In this document: positions 1-8,106 of the stretch, in pieces | Numbering within the stretch: the stretch's first letter is position 1 | Layout: every line of letters begins with the position of its first letter | NCBI GenBank assembly: GCA_021286765.1 | Contig: JAJTBS010000004.1 | Span: 27,427-91,426 of the forward strand | Source: Holophagaceae bacterium | GTDB taxonomy: Bacteria; Acidobacteriota; Holophagae; Holophagales; Holophagaceae | Direction of reading: 5' to 3' | Length of the DNA: 64,000 nt | The notes under the pieces: generated by a model | Database searches by the model: none | What the model saw: the letters and a program-made list of their open reading frames with translations, nothing else | What the model was told of the DNA's origin: nothing | Made by a program: the position numbers and the translations under genes

Positions 1-121
1 CCGCCAAGCTGTTCCGCACCTTCACCTGCACCCGCACGCCTTCAGGCAGGCCCTGGGGCGCCAGGTAGGTCAGGGGCGGCAGGGGCCGGTTCAGCTGGAT
101 GCGCGTGGGAACGAAGGTCAT
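1..121 (-). CDS. priA: Primosomal protein N' (PriA), 5' part only; runs off the window edge
   Basis: My translation from ATG at 121: MTFVPTRIQLNRPLPPLTYLAPQGLPEGVRVQVKVRNSLA. This resembles the PriA N-terminal 3'-DNA-binding domain (LTY..P....G.RV.V). Only 40 codons are visible. Confidence 0.5.
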   Translation of the reverse strand, partial: MTFVPTRIQLNRPLPPLTYLAPQGLPEGVRVQVKVRNSLA

Positions 122-145
122 GGGTGGCCAGGATACACTTGGCCC

Positions 146-1168
146 ATGATCATCCTGGGCCTCGAGTCCTCTTGCGACGACTGCTCCGCCGCCGTGGTGG
201 AGGAGACGGTCGAAGGTCCCCTGCTCCGCTCTCTGGTGCGGGAGAGCCAGGACGCCATCCATGGTCCCTTCGGTGGCGTCGTCCCAGAACTCGCCGCCCG
301 GGAGCACCTGCTCCAGGTGAGGTCCGTGATCGCCGGGGCCCTGGCCCAGGCCGGCCTGGGACTCCAGGACCTGGACCGCATCGCCGTGACCCGGGGGCCA
401 GGCCTGGTCGGCAGCCTGCTGGCCACCTTCAGCACCAGCAAGGCCTTGGCCTGGCGCCACGGAATCCCCTGGGTGGGCGTCCATCACCTGCTGGGGCACC
501 TCCACGCCGCCCGCTTCGCGGCTCCGGATCTCGCCTTCCCGGCGCTGGTGCTCCTCGTTTCGGGTGGCCACACCCACCTGTATCTTGCCCAGGACTGGAC
601 CTCGCTCCACCTGCTTCAGAAGACCCGCGACGATGCGGCCGGCGAGGCCTTCGACAAGACGGCGCGGATGCTGAATCTGGGTTATCCCGGTGGGCCCCTG
701 GTGGATGCCTGCGCCCAGGCGGCCGTCCGGGCCGGAGATCCCTTCACCCCGCCCAAATTCCGGGATGGGAAGGCCTCCTGGAGTTTTTCCGGCCTCAAGA
801 CCGGTGTGAAATTGCGGGTGGAGCGGAACCCCCGCCTGGCGGAAGCCGGAGCTTCAGACCCCGAGGTGCAGGGTCTCTGCCGCAGCCTCCAGGAGGCCAT
901 CGCCGCCTGGCTACTGAAGCCGGTCCCCGAACTGGCGAGAGAACATGGCGCCCGCAGCCTGGTCATCAGCGGTGGTGTGGCCTGCAACTCACGGCTGCGC
1001 GCCGAGGCTGCGGCTATGGCCACCCGCACAGGGTTGCGGCTCGCCATCCCTGAACCACGCCTCTGCACCGACAACGGAGCCATGATCGCCGCTGCGGGGG
1101 CCAAGCTGGAGCCTGCCTCCGAGCCCTGGAGCCAGAATGCCGATGCCGACCTGAAATGGGGAGCCTGA
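146..1168 (+). CDS. tsaD: tRNA N6-adenosine threonylcarbamoyltransferase TsaD
   Basis: ILGLESSCDD, HGPFGGVVPELAAREH, VHHLLGH, VSGGHT, DDAAGEAFDK, GGVACN and CTDNGAMIA motifs. Confidence 0.97.
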   Translation: MIILGLESSCDDCSAAVVEETVEGPLLRSLVRESQDAIHGPFGGVVPELAAREHLLQVRSVIAGALAQAGLGLQDLDRIAVTRGPGLVGSLLATFSTSKALAWRHGIPWVGVHHLLGHLHAARFAAPDLAFPALVLLVSGGHTHLYLAQDWTSLHLLQKTRDDAAGEAFDKTARMLNLGYPGGPLVDACAQAAVRAGDPFTPPKFRDGKASWSFSGLKTGVKLRVERNPRLAEAGASDPEVQGLCRSLQEAIAAWLLKPVPELAREHGARSLVISGGVACNSRLRAEAAAMATRTGLRLAIPEPRLCTDNGAMIAAAGAKLEPASEPWSQNADADLKWGA

Positions 1169-1169
1169 C

Positions 1170-1454
1170 ATGGAAGTCACCCGTGAGGATGTCCTGAGGT
1201 GCGCCGCGCTGGCCCACCTGAACCTCCAGGAGGAGGAGATCGAGCCCATGCGCCTGGCCATGGCCCAGATGCTCACTCACGCCGCCAGCTTGGATGAGCT
1301 GCCCCTGGACGGCGTCGAACCTTTGCTTTTGAGCCATGGGCAGCCCCTACCCCGGCGGGCGGATGTGCCGCTGGAGGGCTTCACGCAGGCAGAGGCCCTG
1401 GCCAATGCCCCGGCGCAGGACCGGGGGCACTTCGTGGTGCCGAAGGTGCTGTGA
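1170..1454 (+). CDS. gatC: Asp/Glu-tRNA amidotransferase subunit C
   Basis: 94 aa; ITREDV..CA.LAHL start and ALANAP....GHFVVPKV end, typical of GatC. Confidence 0.9.
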   Translation: MEVTREDVLRCAALAHLNLQEEEIEPMRLAMAQMLTHAASLDELPLDGVEPLLLSHGQPLPRRADVPLEGFTQAEALANAPAQDRGHFVVPKVL

Positions 1455-1514
1455 GCCTTGCCCGAAGAATGGCCTGCCGCACCCGGGCCGCCTTTACCCT
1501 CGGGTGACCTGGAC

Positions 1515-2096
1515 CTACCAGTCGCCGCCACCGGAATCGCCGCCGCCGAAATCGCCGCCGGAATCACCCCAGTCGCTGGAGCCGGAACTGGATTCACCCC
1601 AATCGCTGGAGGAACCGTCCGAGGTGCCGCCGGTCCACCCATCTCCGCCGTCCGAGCGGTCATGGTGGTGGTGGCCGCCGCCCATCATGCTGCCAATCAT
1701 CATGCCCGTGAGCAGACCACCCATGCCCCCTCCGGACTGGCCGTATCCCCCCTGCTGCATGGGGAGGGAGCCCTGCATGGGGGCATCGAGGCCCAGCTGC
1801 CGGCGGGCCGAGGGCGGGAGTTCCTCGTCCTTGAGGGACTGCAGCCCGGCCAGGGCCCCGCAGTAGCCACAGGTCCACTTCACGGACCGCAGACCATCCC
1901 ACTCCTGCTTCATGCGGTCCCCCGAAGCGCCACAGGTGGGGCACTTGGGATAGGGGCAGGCGAAGGTGTGGGGTTCCAGGGGGCCGGAGGGCAGGCCGCG
2001 ACGCGAGGCGCCCAGCTGTTCGGGCCGGTCCTGCTTGCCACGCATGGCCAGGTAGATCACCACCCCGATGATGAGAAGGACGAAGAGCATCGTCAT
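1515..2096 (-). CDS. Hypothetical membrane-anchored protein with Cys4 zinc ribbon and Gly/Ser/Asp-rich tail
   Basis: Start moved to ATG 2096 within the long 1515-3317 ORF. N-terminal hydrophobic helix, CPTCG...CGYCG, HHHH, tail SDWG..DWGDSGGDFGGGDSGGGDW. Confidence 0.8.
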   Translation of the reverse strand: MTMLFVLLIIGVVIYLAMRGKQDRPEQLGASRRGLPSGPLEPHTFACPYPKCPTCGASGDRMKQEWDGLRSVKWTCGYCGALAGLQSLKDEELPPSARRQLGLDAPMQGSLPMQQGGYGQSGGGMGGLLTGMMIGSMMGGGHHHHDRSDGGDGWTGGTSDGSSSDWGESSSGSSDWGDSGGDFGGGDSGGGDW

Positions 2097-2255
2097 GGGT
2101 ACCCCCAAGTCATCTAGGCTACTCCCGACCGGAGGCCGAGAGTAGGCGCGGGGCCCCCGGTTTTCGGCGAACCGTCGTTCCGGGCCGGGCTGCGGGTGCA
2201 GACCAGAGGCGAGCGGCGGCCCCCGGACAAGCTTCCTTGCTGGCATCATCACCCC

Positions 2256-3377
2256 ATGCAGCCACGCATCCCGATCCCGGCCGACCGGCCCTGGCGCGTA
2301 CTGGGCCTGATGTCGGGCACCAGCGCCGATGGCGTGGACGTCGTGGCCATCGAGGTGAACCCAGCCGCCTTTGAAACAGGCCGACCCTTCTACCGCTTCC
2401 TGGGCCACGTCGCCCTGCCCTATGCCGAAGGGCTCCGCGGGCGGGTGCTGGAAGCCGCCTCCAACCGCCTGGACCCGGCGGGCCTCTGCATCCTCCAGCG
2501 CTGCCTGGGCGACCACCATGCCAAGGCCGCCCGGCAGCTGTGCGACAGCTTGGATCTCAAGCCAGACCTCGCCTGCCTGCATGGCCAGACCGTGCAGCAC
2601 CACCCGGCAGATGGGGCAAGCCTGCAGCTGGCGGATCCCTACGTGCTGGTCGAGGCCGTGGGGTGCCCGGTGGTCTGGGATCTGCGCCGGCGCGACCTCG
2701 CCGTGGGCGGCCAGGGCGCGCCCCTGGTTCCCCTGCCGGAACGATGGCTGCACGGTCCGGAGCCCTGGCTCGCCCTGAATCTGGGTGGCATCGCCAACCT
2801 CACGCTGTGGGATGGGACCTCCACCCGCGCCTGGGACACGGGGCCCGGGATGTCCCTGCTGGACCTGGCCGCCCGCCATTGGCTGGACCTCCCCTTCGAT
2901 CTCGACGGGGCCCATGCCACGGGGACCGTGGCGGCGCCCCTCCTGTCCCGCTGGCTTTCCCATCCGTATTTCCAGTCCCCGCCACCCAAATCCACCGGGC
3001 GTGAGGTGTTCGGAGCTGCCTGGTTCGAGGCGGAGCGCTCCCGCCTGGAGCCCCTGCCCCTGCCGGACCGGCTGGCGACGCTGGCGGCCTTCACGGCCAC
3101 CACGGTCGCCGTGGAAGCCATCCGCACCAAGCCCTGGCCGAAGGACCTTCGGGCACTCGTGAGCGGCGGTGGCGCCCAGCACCGGAGGCTCCGGGCAGAG
3201 CTGGCCGAGCGGCTGCATCTGAGTCTGGAAGACGACCTGGCCTTCCCCCCGGGGGCGCGGGAGGCCGTGAGCTGGGCCCTGCTGGGGGCGGCCTCGGCCA
3301 TGGGCCTGCCCGGCCACCTCCCCGAAGTCACCGGAGCCTCGGAACCCCGGGTGCTGGGGAGCTGGGTGTGGCCGTGA
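2256..3377 (+). CDS. anmK: Anhydro-N-acetylmuramic acid kinase
   Basis: GLMSGTSADGVD, HGQT, DLAVGGQGAPLVP, LNLGGIAN, DTGPG, PPKSTGRE, GGGA motifs. Start placed at ATG 2256. Confidence 0.95.
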   Translation: MQPRIPIPADRPWRVLGLMSGTSADGVDVVAIEVNPAAFETGRPFYRFLGHVALPYAEGLRGRVLEAASNRLDPAGLCILQRCLGDHHAKAARQLCDSLDLKPDLACLHGQTVQHHPADGASLQLADPYVLVEAVGCPVVWDLRRRDLAVGGQGAPLVPLPERWLHGPEPWLALNLGGIANLTLWDGTSTRAWDTGPGMSLLDLAARHWLDLPFDLDGAHATGTVAAPLLSRWLSHPYFQSPPPKSTGREVFGAAWFEAERSRLEPLPLPDRLATLAAFTATTVAVEAIRTKPWPKDLRALVSGGGAQHRRLRAELAERLHLSLEDDLAFPPGAREAVSWALLGAASAMGLPGHLPEVTGASEPRVLGSWVWP

Positions 3378-5335
3378 GGTGGGGCCGCTGGATCGATCAC
3401 CTGCCGCTGTGGGTCGCGCTTGGAGCCGCCCTTTCCACTGGCATCTATGAACCCGCGGAGCTGCTCGTCATGGCCGCCCCGCTGGCCATCGCCGCCATCC
3501 TCGAGGCCTTCCGCTGGGACTTCAGCCGGCATCACCGATGGCTGGAGGTGGGGGCCCTGCTCTTCTTCCTGGGCGATCTGGCGAGGGGACGCGGGCTGTT
3601 CTATGTGGCCATCCACACCCTCTTCGTCCTGGCTGGCGTACGGCTCATCCTCCCCAGGGAGCCCTCCCATCAACGCCAGCTGCTGCTCATGGGCTTTCTG
3701 CTGTTCCTGACCACGGCCATCGGGGCCACCGATTTCTCCTTTCTGTTCTGGACCCTGGCCTGGTCCACCTCCGCCACCCTGGCCCTGCTGCAACAGATCT
3801 GGGAGCCCTCAGCCGCCCTCCGGCGGGGGGCGCTGTCACGCCCTCCCTATGCCCAGGTGCCCCTCTGGGTGGGCGGAGCCCTGCTTCTGGGCGCCGGCTT
3901 CTTTGTCATCATGCCCCGCCTGAGCCTGGGCCTGCGCCCCGGGGCTTTCCTCGGCATGACCCAGGGGCTGGGAAAGGCCGGCATGGGCGACCGCCTGGAT
4001 CTGGCGGGGGGTGGCCCCATCGAGCCCAACCCCGAGGTGGCGCTGAGGATCCTGCCTCCGGCCGGCATGGATCCAGCCGCGCACCCAGAGTGGATGCGGG
4101 GCCTGATCCTCCTTCGCGGGGTCACCCTGGAGTCCATCCAGGGCTCTCGCTGGGAACCCGCCGACCTCACACCCCCTTTTTCATTCACACCACCTGGACC
4201 GGGGGCGGACGCCACAGCCGAATTTCTCTTCTCCCCGAGTTCCCACGGCATTCTCACGCTCCCGGCTGGCCTGATCGGCCTGGCTCCCTCCGAGGTTTTC
4301 CTCAAGGGATCCGGGGGCAGCCTCCGGTGGCGCTTCCAGAGGGCGCGAACGGCGCCTCTGACCGTGCATTGGAACCCGGCCTTGCCTGACATGCCCGAGC
4401 CCTACCTATCCCGCCGTCGCCTGGATCTGCTCACCCGGCTGGAGCCTGGACATGAAGCGGCCCGGGTTGCCAGCTTCCGCTACGCGCCGGCGATCATGCC
4501 CACCCCGCAGCTGGTCCAGACCCTGGAAGCCAGCCTTCGCCGCTTCGCCTACACGCTGGACAATCCCTCCGGGAAGGCTGCCAATCCACTGGAGGACTTC
4601 CTCGATCGCACTCAGGCCGGCCACTGCGAGTATTTCGCCTCGTCGATGGCGCTCATGCTCCGGGCCCGGGGCGTGGCAGCTCGAGTGGTCAACGGCTACC
4701 GGCTGGGTCCCTGGATTCCCGAAGGGGGCTACTTCCGGGTGAGCCAAAACGAAGCGCACAGCTGGGTGGAGTACTGGCACGAGGGCCGGTGGCGGGTTTC
4801 GGATCCCACGCCCCAGGGACCAGCCACAGCAGCGGCGGACGCGAAAAAGCTGGGCGCGGTGGAGCGCTGGCTGGACGCCCTCAGCTACCGCTGGGAGCGC
4901 TACATTGTTCGATTCTCCGATCAGGACCAGCAGGAGGGCCTGTCCTGGATCCAGGCGCGCTTCCAGGGCTGGCAGTGGCGCTGGAAGGCCCCGCCAGCCC
5001 CGGCTCTGTGGAGCCTGGGCATCCTGGCCGCAGCCTGGCTGCTCTTGCGCACACGCGGTCACTGGCAGCCGACCCCAGACAGCCCGGGTCGCATCCGCGC
5101 CCTGCGCCCCTTGCTGCGGGCGACCCGGAACAGCGCCCCACCCCGCCCCGGGGAGACGGCCCGATCCTGGCTCCACCGCCTAGGCGCCCAGCGTCCCGAG
5201 CGGAGGGAGGCCCTGGCCGACCTTGCAGAGGCCGTGGACCGGCTGGCCTACGGCTCCGGAAAATCTGCGGCCTCCGCCCTGGCGAAGGCGGAGGCCGCAG
5301 CCTGGCGGGGCTGGAAGCCCCCTATTTCTCCGTGA
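3374..5335 (+). CDS. DUF3488 + transglutaminase-like membrane protein (TgpA-like)
   Basis: Multi-TM N-terminus; GHCEYFAS (Cys), EAHSWVE (His), SDPTP (Asp) triad. The GTG start overlaps the anmK stop (GTGA). Confidence 0.88.
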   Translation: MRWGRWIDHLPLWVALGAALSTGIYEPAELLVMAAPLAIAAILEAFRWDFSRHHRWLEVGALLFFLGDLARGRGLFYVAIHTLFVLAGVRLILPREPSHQRQLLLMGFLLFLTTAIGATDFSFLFWTLAWSTSATLALLQQIWEPSAALRRGALSRPPYAQVPLWVGGALLLGAGFFVIMPRLSLGLRPGAFLGMTQGLGKAGMGDRLDLAGGGPIEPNPEVALRILPPAGMDPAAHPEWMRGLILLRGVTLESIQGSRWEPADLTPPFSFTPPGPGADATAEFLFSPSSHGILTLPAGLIGLAPSEVFLKGSGGSLRWRFQRARTAPLTVHWNPALPDMPEPYLSRRRLDLLTRLEPGHEAARVASFRYAPAIMPTPQLVQTLEASLRRFAYTLDNPSGKAANPLEDFLDRTQAGHCEYFASSMALMLRARGVAARVVNGYRLGPWIPEGGYFRVSQNEAHSWVEYWHEGRWRVSDPTPQGPATAAADAKKLGAVERWLDALSYRWERYIVRFSDQDQQEGLSWIQARFQGWQWRWKAPPAPALWSLGILAAAWLLLRTRGHWQPTPDSPGRIRALRPLLRATRNSAPPRPGETARSWLHRLGAQRPERREALADLAEAVDRLAYGSGKSAASALAKAEAAAWRGWKPPISP

Positions 5336-6092
5336 GCTTCTCGAAGGCCTTCATGACCTCCATGGGCAGCGGGAAGACGATGGTGCTGTTCTTCTCCACA
5401 GCGATCTCCGTGAGGGTCTGCAGGTAGCGCATCTGGATGGCCGTCGGGTTCTGGCTGATCTTGTTGGCCGCTTCCAACAGCTGCTGGCTGGCCAGCAGTT
5501 CACCTTCGGCCGCGATGATCTTCGCCCGCTTCTCGCGCTCCGCTTCAGCCTGTTTGCCCATGGCGCGCTGAATCTGCTCAGGCAGGTCCACGCTCTTGAG
5601 CTCGACGCTGTTCACCTCGACGCCCCAGGGTTCGGTGGAGCGGTCGATGATCTCCCGCAGGCGCATGCTGAGCTTCTCGCGGTCCGCCAGCAGCTCATCC
5701 AGGCTCACTTCGCCGAGGATGGAGCGCAGGGTCGTCTGGGCGATCTGGCTGGTGGCGTAATAGTAGTTCTCCACGCCGACGATGGCCTGCTTGGGATCCA
5801 GCACCTTCGAATAGACGACGGCGCTCACCTTCAGGCTCACGTTGTCGCGGGTGATGATGTCCTGGCTGGGCACCTCCAGCACCGTAGTGCGCAACGACAC
5901 GATCACGGCCTTCTGGAAGGGGCGCCAGATGAAGACCAGGCCCGGTCCCTTGGGGTTGGGGCTCACCTTGCCGAGGGTGAATACCACAGCCCGCTCGTAC
6001 TCGTTGATGACCTTGAGGCAGCTCAGGGCCCAGACCACAGCCAAGACGAAGAGGGGGCCGAGCAGACCAAATGAAGCGAGGAGGGCGTCCAT
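5322..6092 (-). CDS. SPFH/band-7 (stomatin/slipin) membrane protein
   Basis: EYERAVVF.LG, DIITRDNV, AQTTLRS.LG..LDELL, WGV.V, AEAERE.RAK motifs. Confidence 0.95.
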   Translation of the reverse strand: MDALLASFGLLGPLFVLAVVWALSCLKVINEYERAVVFTLGKVSPNPKGPGLVFIWRPFQKAVIVSLRTTVLEVPSQDIITRDNVSLKVSAVVYSKVLDPKQAIVGVENYYYATSQIAQTTLRSILGEVSLDELLADREKLSMRLREIIDRSTEPWGVEVNSVELKSVDLPEQIQRAMGKQAEAEREKRAKIIAAEGELLASQQLLEAANKISQNPTAIQMRYLQTLTEIAVEKNSTIVFPLPMEVMKAFEKLTEK

Positions 6093-6189
6093 GGTGGCTC
6101 CTGGTAGGCCCCCATCATGTCACCAGAAACAGACTGAAAGGGAACCCGAATCTCAGCTATGATCGAGACGCCTTTTTACAGGAGTTCCT

Positions 6190-6789
6190 ATGCGCCGTCT
6201 CATTCTCCCCCTTCTCCTGGTCGCCGGATCCTCACTCATGGCCCAGTCCACCACGATCAACGGTGGCCTGCAGACCGGTCTCAGCCTTCCAACCGGCGAC
6301 TTCGCGGACAAGAAGTTCAACGGCTACTACGAAGGCGCCAACGGTGGCCTGGGCATTCACTTCGGCGGCCACCTGGATTTCAACTTCACGCCGCACCACC
6401 AGATGCGCCTCATCCTGAACGTGAACGGCTTCGCCAGCAAGGAGCAGACGATCTACGGGGACACCCAGCAGAACAGCTTCGGCATCACGCAGTTCGGGGC
6501 CGATTACGTCTTCAATGCGACCTCCCCCAATCGCGGTGGCTACTTCCTGGTGGGCCTGAACCTCAACAAGGTGAAGGCCAAGTACGAGCTGACCGGCACA
6601 CCGGACTTCGAGGCGAACCAGTCCGGGAAGCTCGGCTTCCGCATCGGCGGTGGCTACAACTTCAACCGCGTGTTCAGCCTTGAAGGCCATGTCAACAGCG
6701 TGTCGGTAGACAAGAACGGCGCGGATGGACTCGACATGGACGCCCTGACGTGGGTGACCGTCAGCGCCGTGTTCCGCTTCGGCCGCTAG
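6190..6789 (+). CDS. Outer-membrane beta-barrel protein (OmpA-TM/porin-like)
   Basis: Signal peptide, alternating amphipathic strands rich in G/Y/F, C-terminal VFRF; GGAG SD upstream. Confidence 0.8.
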   Translation: MRRLILPLLLVAGSSLMAQSTTINGGLQTGLSLPTGDFADKKFNGYYEGANGGLGIHFGGHLDFNFTPHHQMRLILNVNGFASKEQTIYGDTQQNSFGITQFGADYVFNATSPNRGGYFLVGLNLNKVKAKYELTGTPDFEANQSGKLGFRIGGGYNFNRVFSLEGHVNSVSVDKNGADGLDMDALTWVTVSAVFRFGR

Positions 6790-6790
6790 G

Positions 6791-7414
6791 CTACTTCCGC
6801 ACGAAGGGATTGGTCTCCGCCTCCACCCCCAGGGTGGTGGCGGGGCCATGGCCGGGAATGACCAGCGTCGCGCCATCCAGGGGGTAGAGTTCCCGCCGGA
6901 TGCTCTGCTCCAGGAGGTCCCAGCTGCCGCCCCATAGGTCCGTGCGGCCCACGCCGCCTCGGAACAGCGTGTCACCAGCCAGGAGCACCTGCCCCTTGGC
7001 GAAGGCGCCGTGGAAGCAGCAGGAGCCCGGCGTGTGGCCCGGCGTGTGCAGCGTGGCCAGGTCCAGATGGCGATCTCCGGCGTGCAGGCGGGTCATCTCG
7101 GGCTGGGGGATGGCGGGCATGCCGAACATGCCCGTCTGCTGGGGCAGGGCCTCGATGAGGAAGGTGTCGTCCCCATGCAGATGGGCCGGGCACTGCCAGA
7201 GGTCCTGCAGTTCCCGTGTGGCGCCCACATGGTCGAAGTGGGCATGGGTGTGGAGCAGGGCCGTCACCTTGAAACCGAGGCCCTCCACCCGCTTGCGGAT
7301 CTTCGCCGCATCCCCGCCCGGATCCACCACCACCCCGAGGCCCGTGTCGGGCTCCCAAAGCAGCGAGCAGTTGCAGCCCAGGGGGCCCACGGGAAAGGTC
7401 TCGAGGTTCAGCAT
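6791..7414 (-). CDS. MBL-fold metallo-hydrolase (glyoxalase II-like)
   Basis: HTHAHFDHVG, HTPGHTPG, AGDTLF..GVGRTD, PGHG. Start at ATG 7414. Confidence 0.93.
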   Translation of the reverse strand: MLNLETFPVGPLGCNCSLLWEPDTGLGVVVDPGGDAAKIRKRVEGLGFKVTALLHTHAHFDHVGATRELQDLWQCPAHLHGDDTFLIEALPQQTGMFGMPAIPQPEMTRLHAGDRHLDLATLHTPGHTPGSCCFHGAFAKGQVLLAGDTLFRGGVGRTDLWGGSWDLLEQSIRRELYPLDGATLVIPGHGPATTLGVEAETNPFVRK

Positions 7415-7451
7415 GGTTCCAGTGTGGCAAACCCGGCGGTAGATTGGGGCC

Positions 7452-8099
7452 ATGGAACAAGTCGATCCTCCCCGAGTGCCCTGGTTCTCCCCCTGGGACC
7501 TGCTCCCCGTGGCGGGCGCCCTGGCTCTGGTGATCGCCCTTCCCGGCCTCATGCATGGCCTTCCGGATCCCATTCCCACCCATTTCAACGCCCGGGGTGT
7601 CGCCAATGGATGGACTTCCCAGGCCAGCTATCCCTGGTTGGCCTTCGGCCTGCCAGCGGCGATCTGGGTCCTCCTTCTGCTCACGGGCCGGGCCTTCGTG
7701 GGCTCGGACCAGGATCCGGAGGGCCGCAAGGGCGCGGCCATGGCCCCGCTGCGTGGCCTGGTCACCCTGGGCCTGCTGGGCATGATGGCGGGCGGCCTCC
7801 TGGTCCCGCGCCATGGCCAGGGCGTGATCGCCTGGATGATCGGCGGGTTCCTGGCCCTGACCCTGCTCGGCGTCCTGCTCATGGCGCGGCAGCTGAAGCG
7901 GACCCTGCAGAACGATGACCGCAGCGAGCACTACCGCTGGGGGCTCTTCTACGTGAACGCGGAAGACCCCGCCCTCTGGGTGCCCAAGCGGCTGGGCCTG
8001 GGCTGGACGCTCAATTTCGCCCATGGCTTGAGCTGGGCCATCCTGGCCCTGCTGCTCCTGCCCGTGGCGCTGGTCATCGCCCTCACGCGGACCCGCTGA
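7452..8099 (+). CDS. DUF1648/DUF5808 membrane protein (SdpI-like)
   Basis: IPTHFNARG.ANGW near the N-terminus; WGLFYVN.EDP.LWVPKR.GLGWTLNFAH at the C-terminus; several TM helices. Confidence 0.8.
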   Translation: MEQVDPPRVPWFSPWDLLPVAGALALVIALPGLMHGLPDPIPTHFNARGVANGWTSQASYPWLAFGLPAAIWVLLLLTGRAFVGSDQDPEGRKGAAMAPLRGLVTLGLLGMMAGGLLVPRHGQGVIAWMIGGFLALTLLGVLLMARQLKRTLQNDDRSEHYRWGLFYVNAEDPALWVPKRLGLGWTLNFAHGLSWAILALLLLPVALVIALTRTR

Positions 8100-8106
8100 G
8101 CCGCCC

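Noticed and set aside
1515-1640. Short GCC/CCAGTCGC repeats
   Set aside because: They simply encode the Gly/Ser/Asp-rich tail of the 1515-2096 protein.
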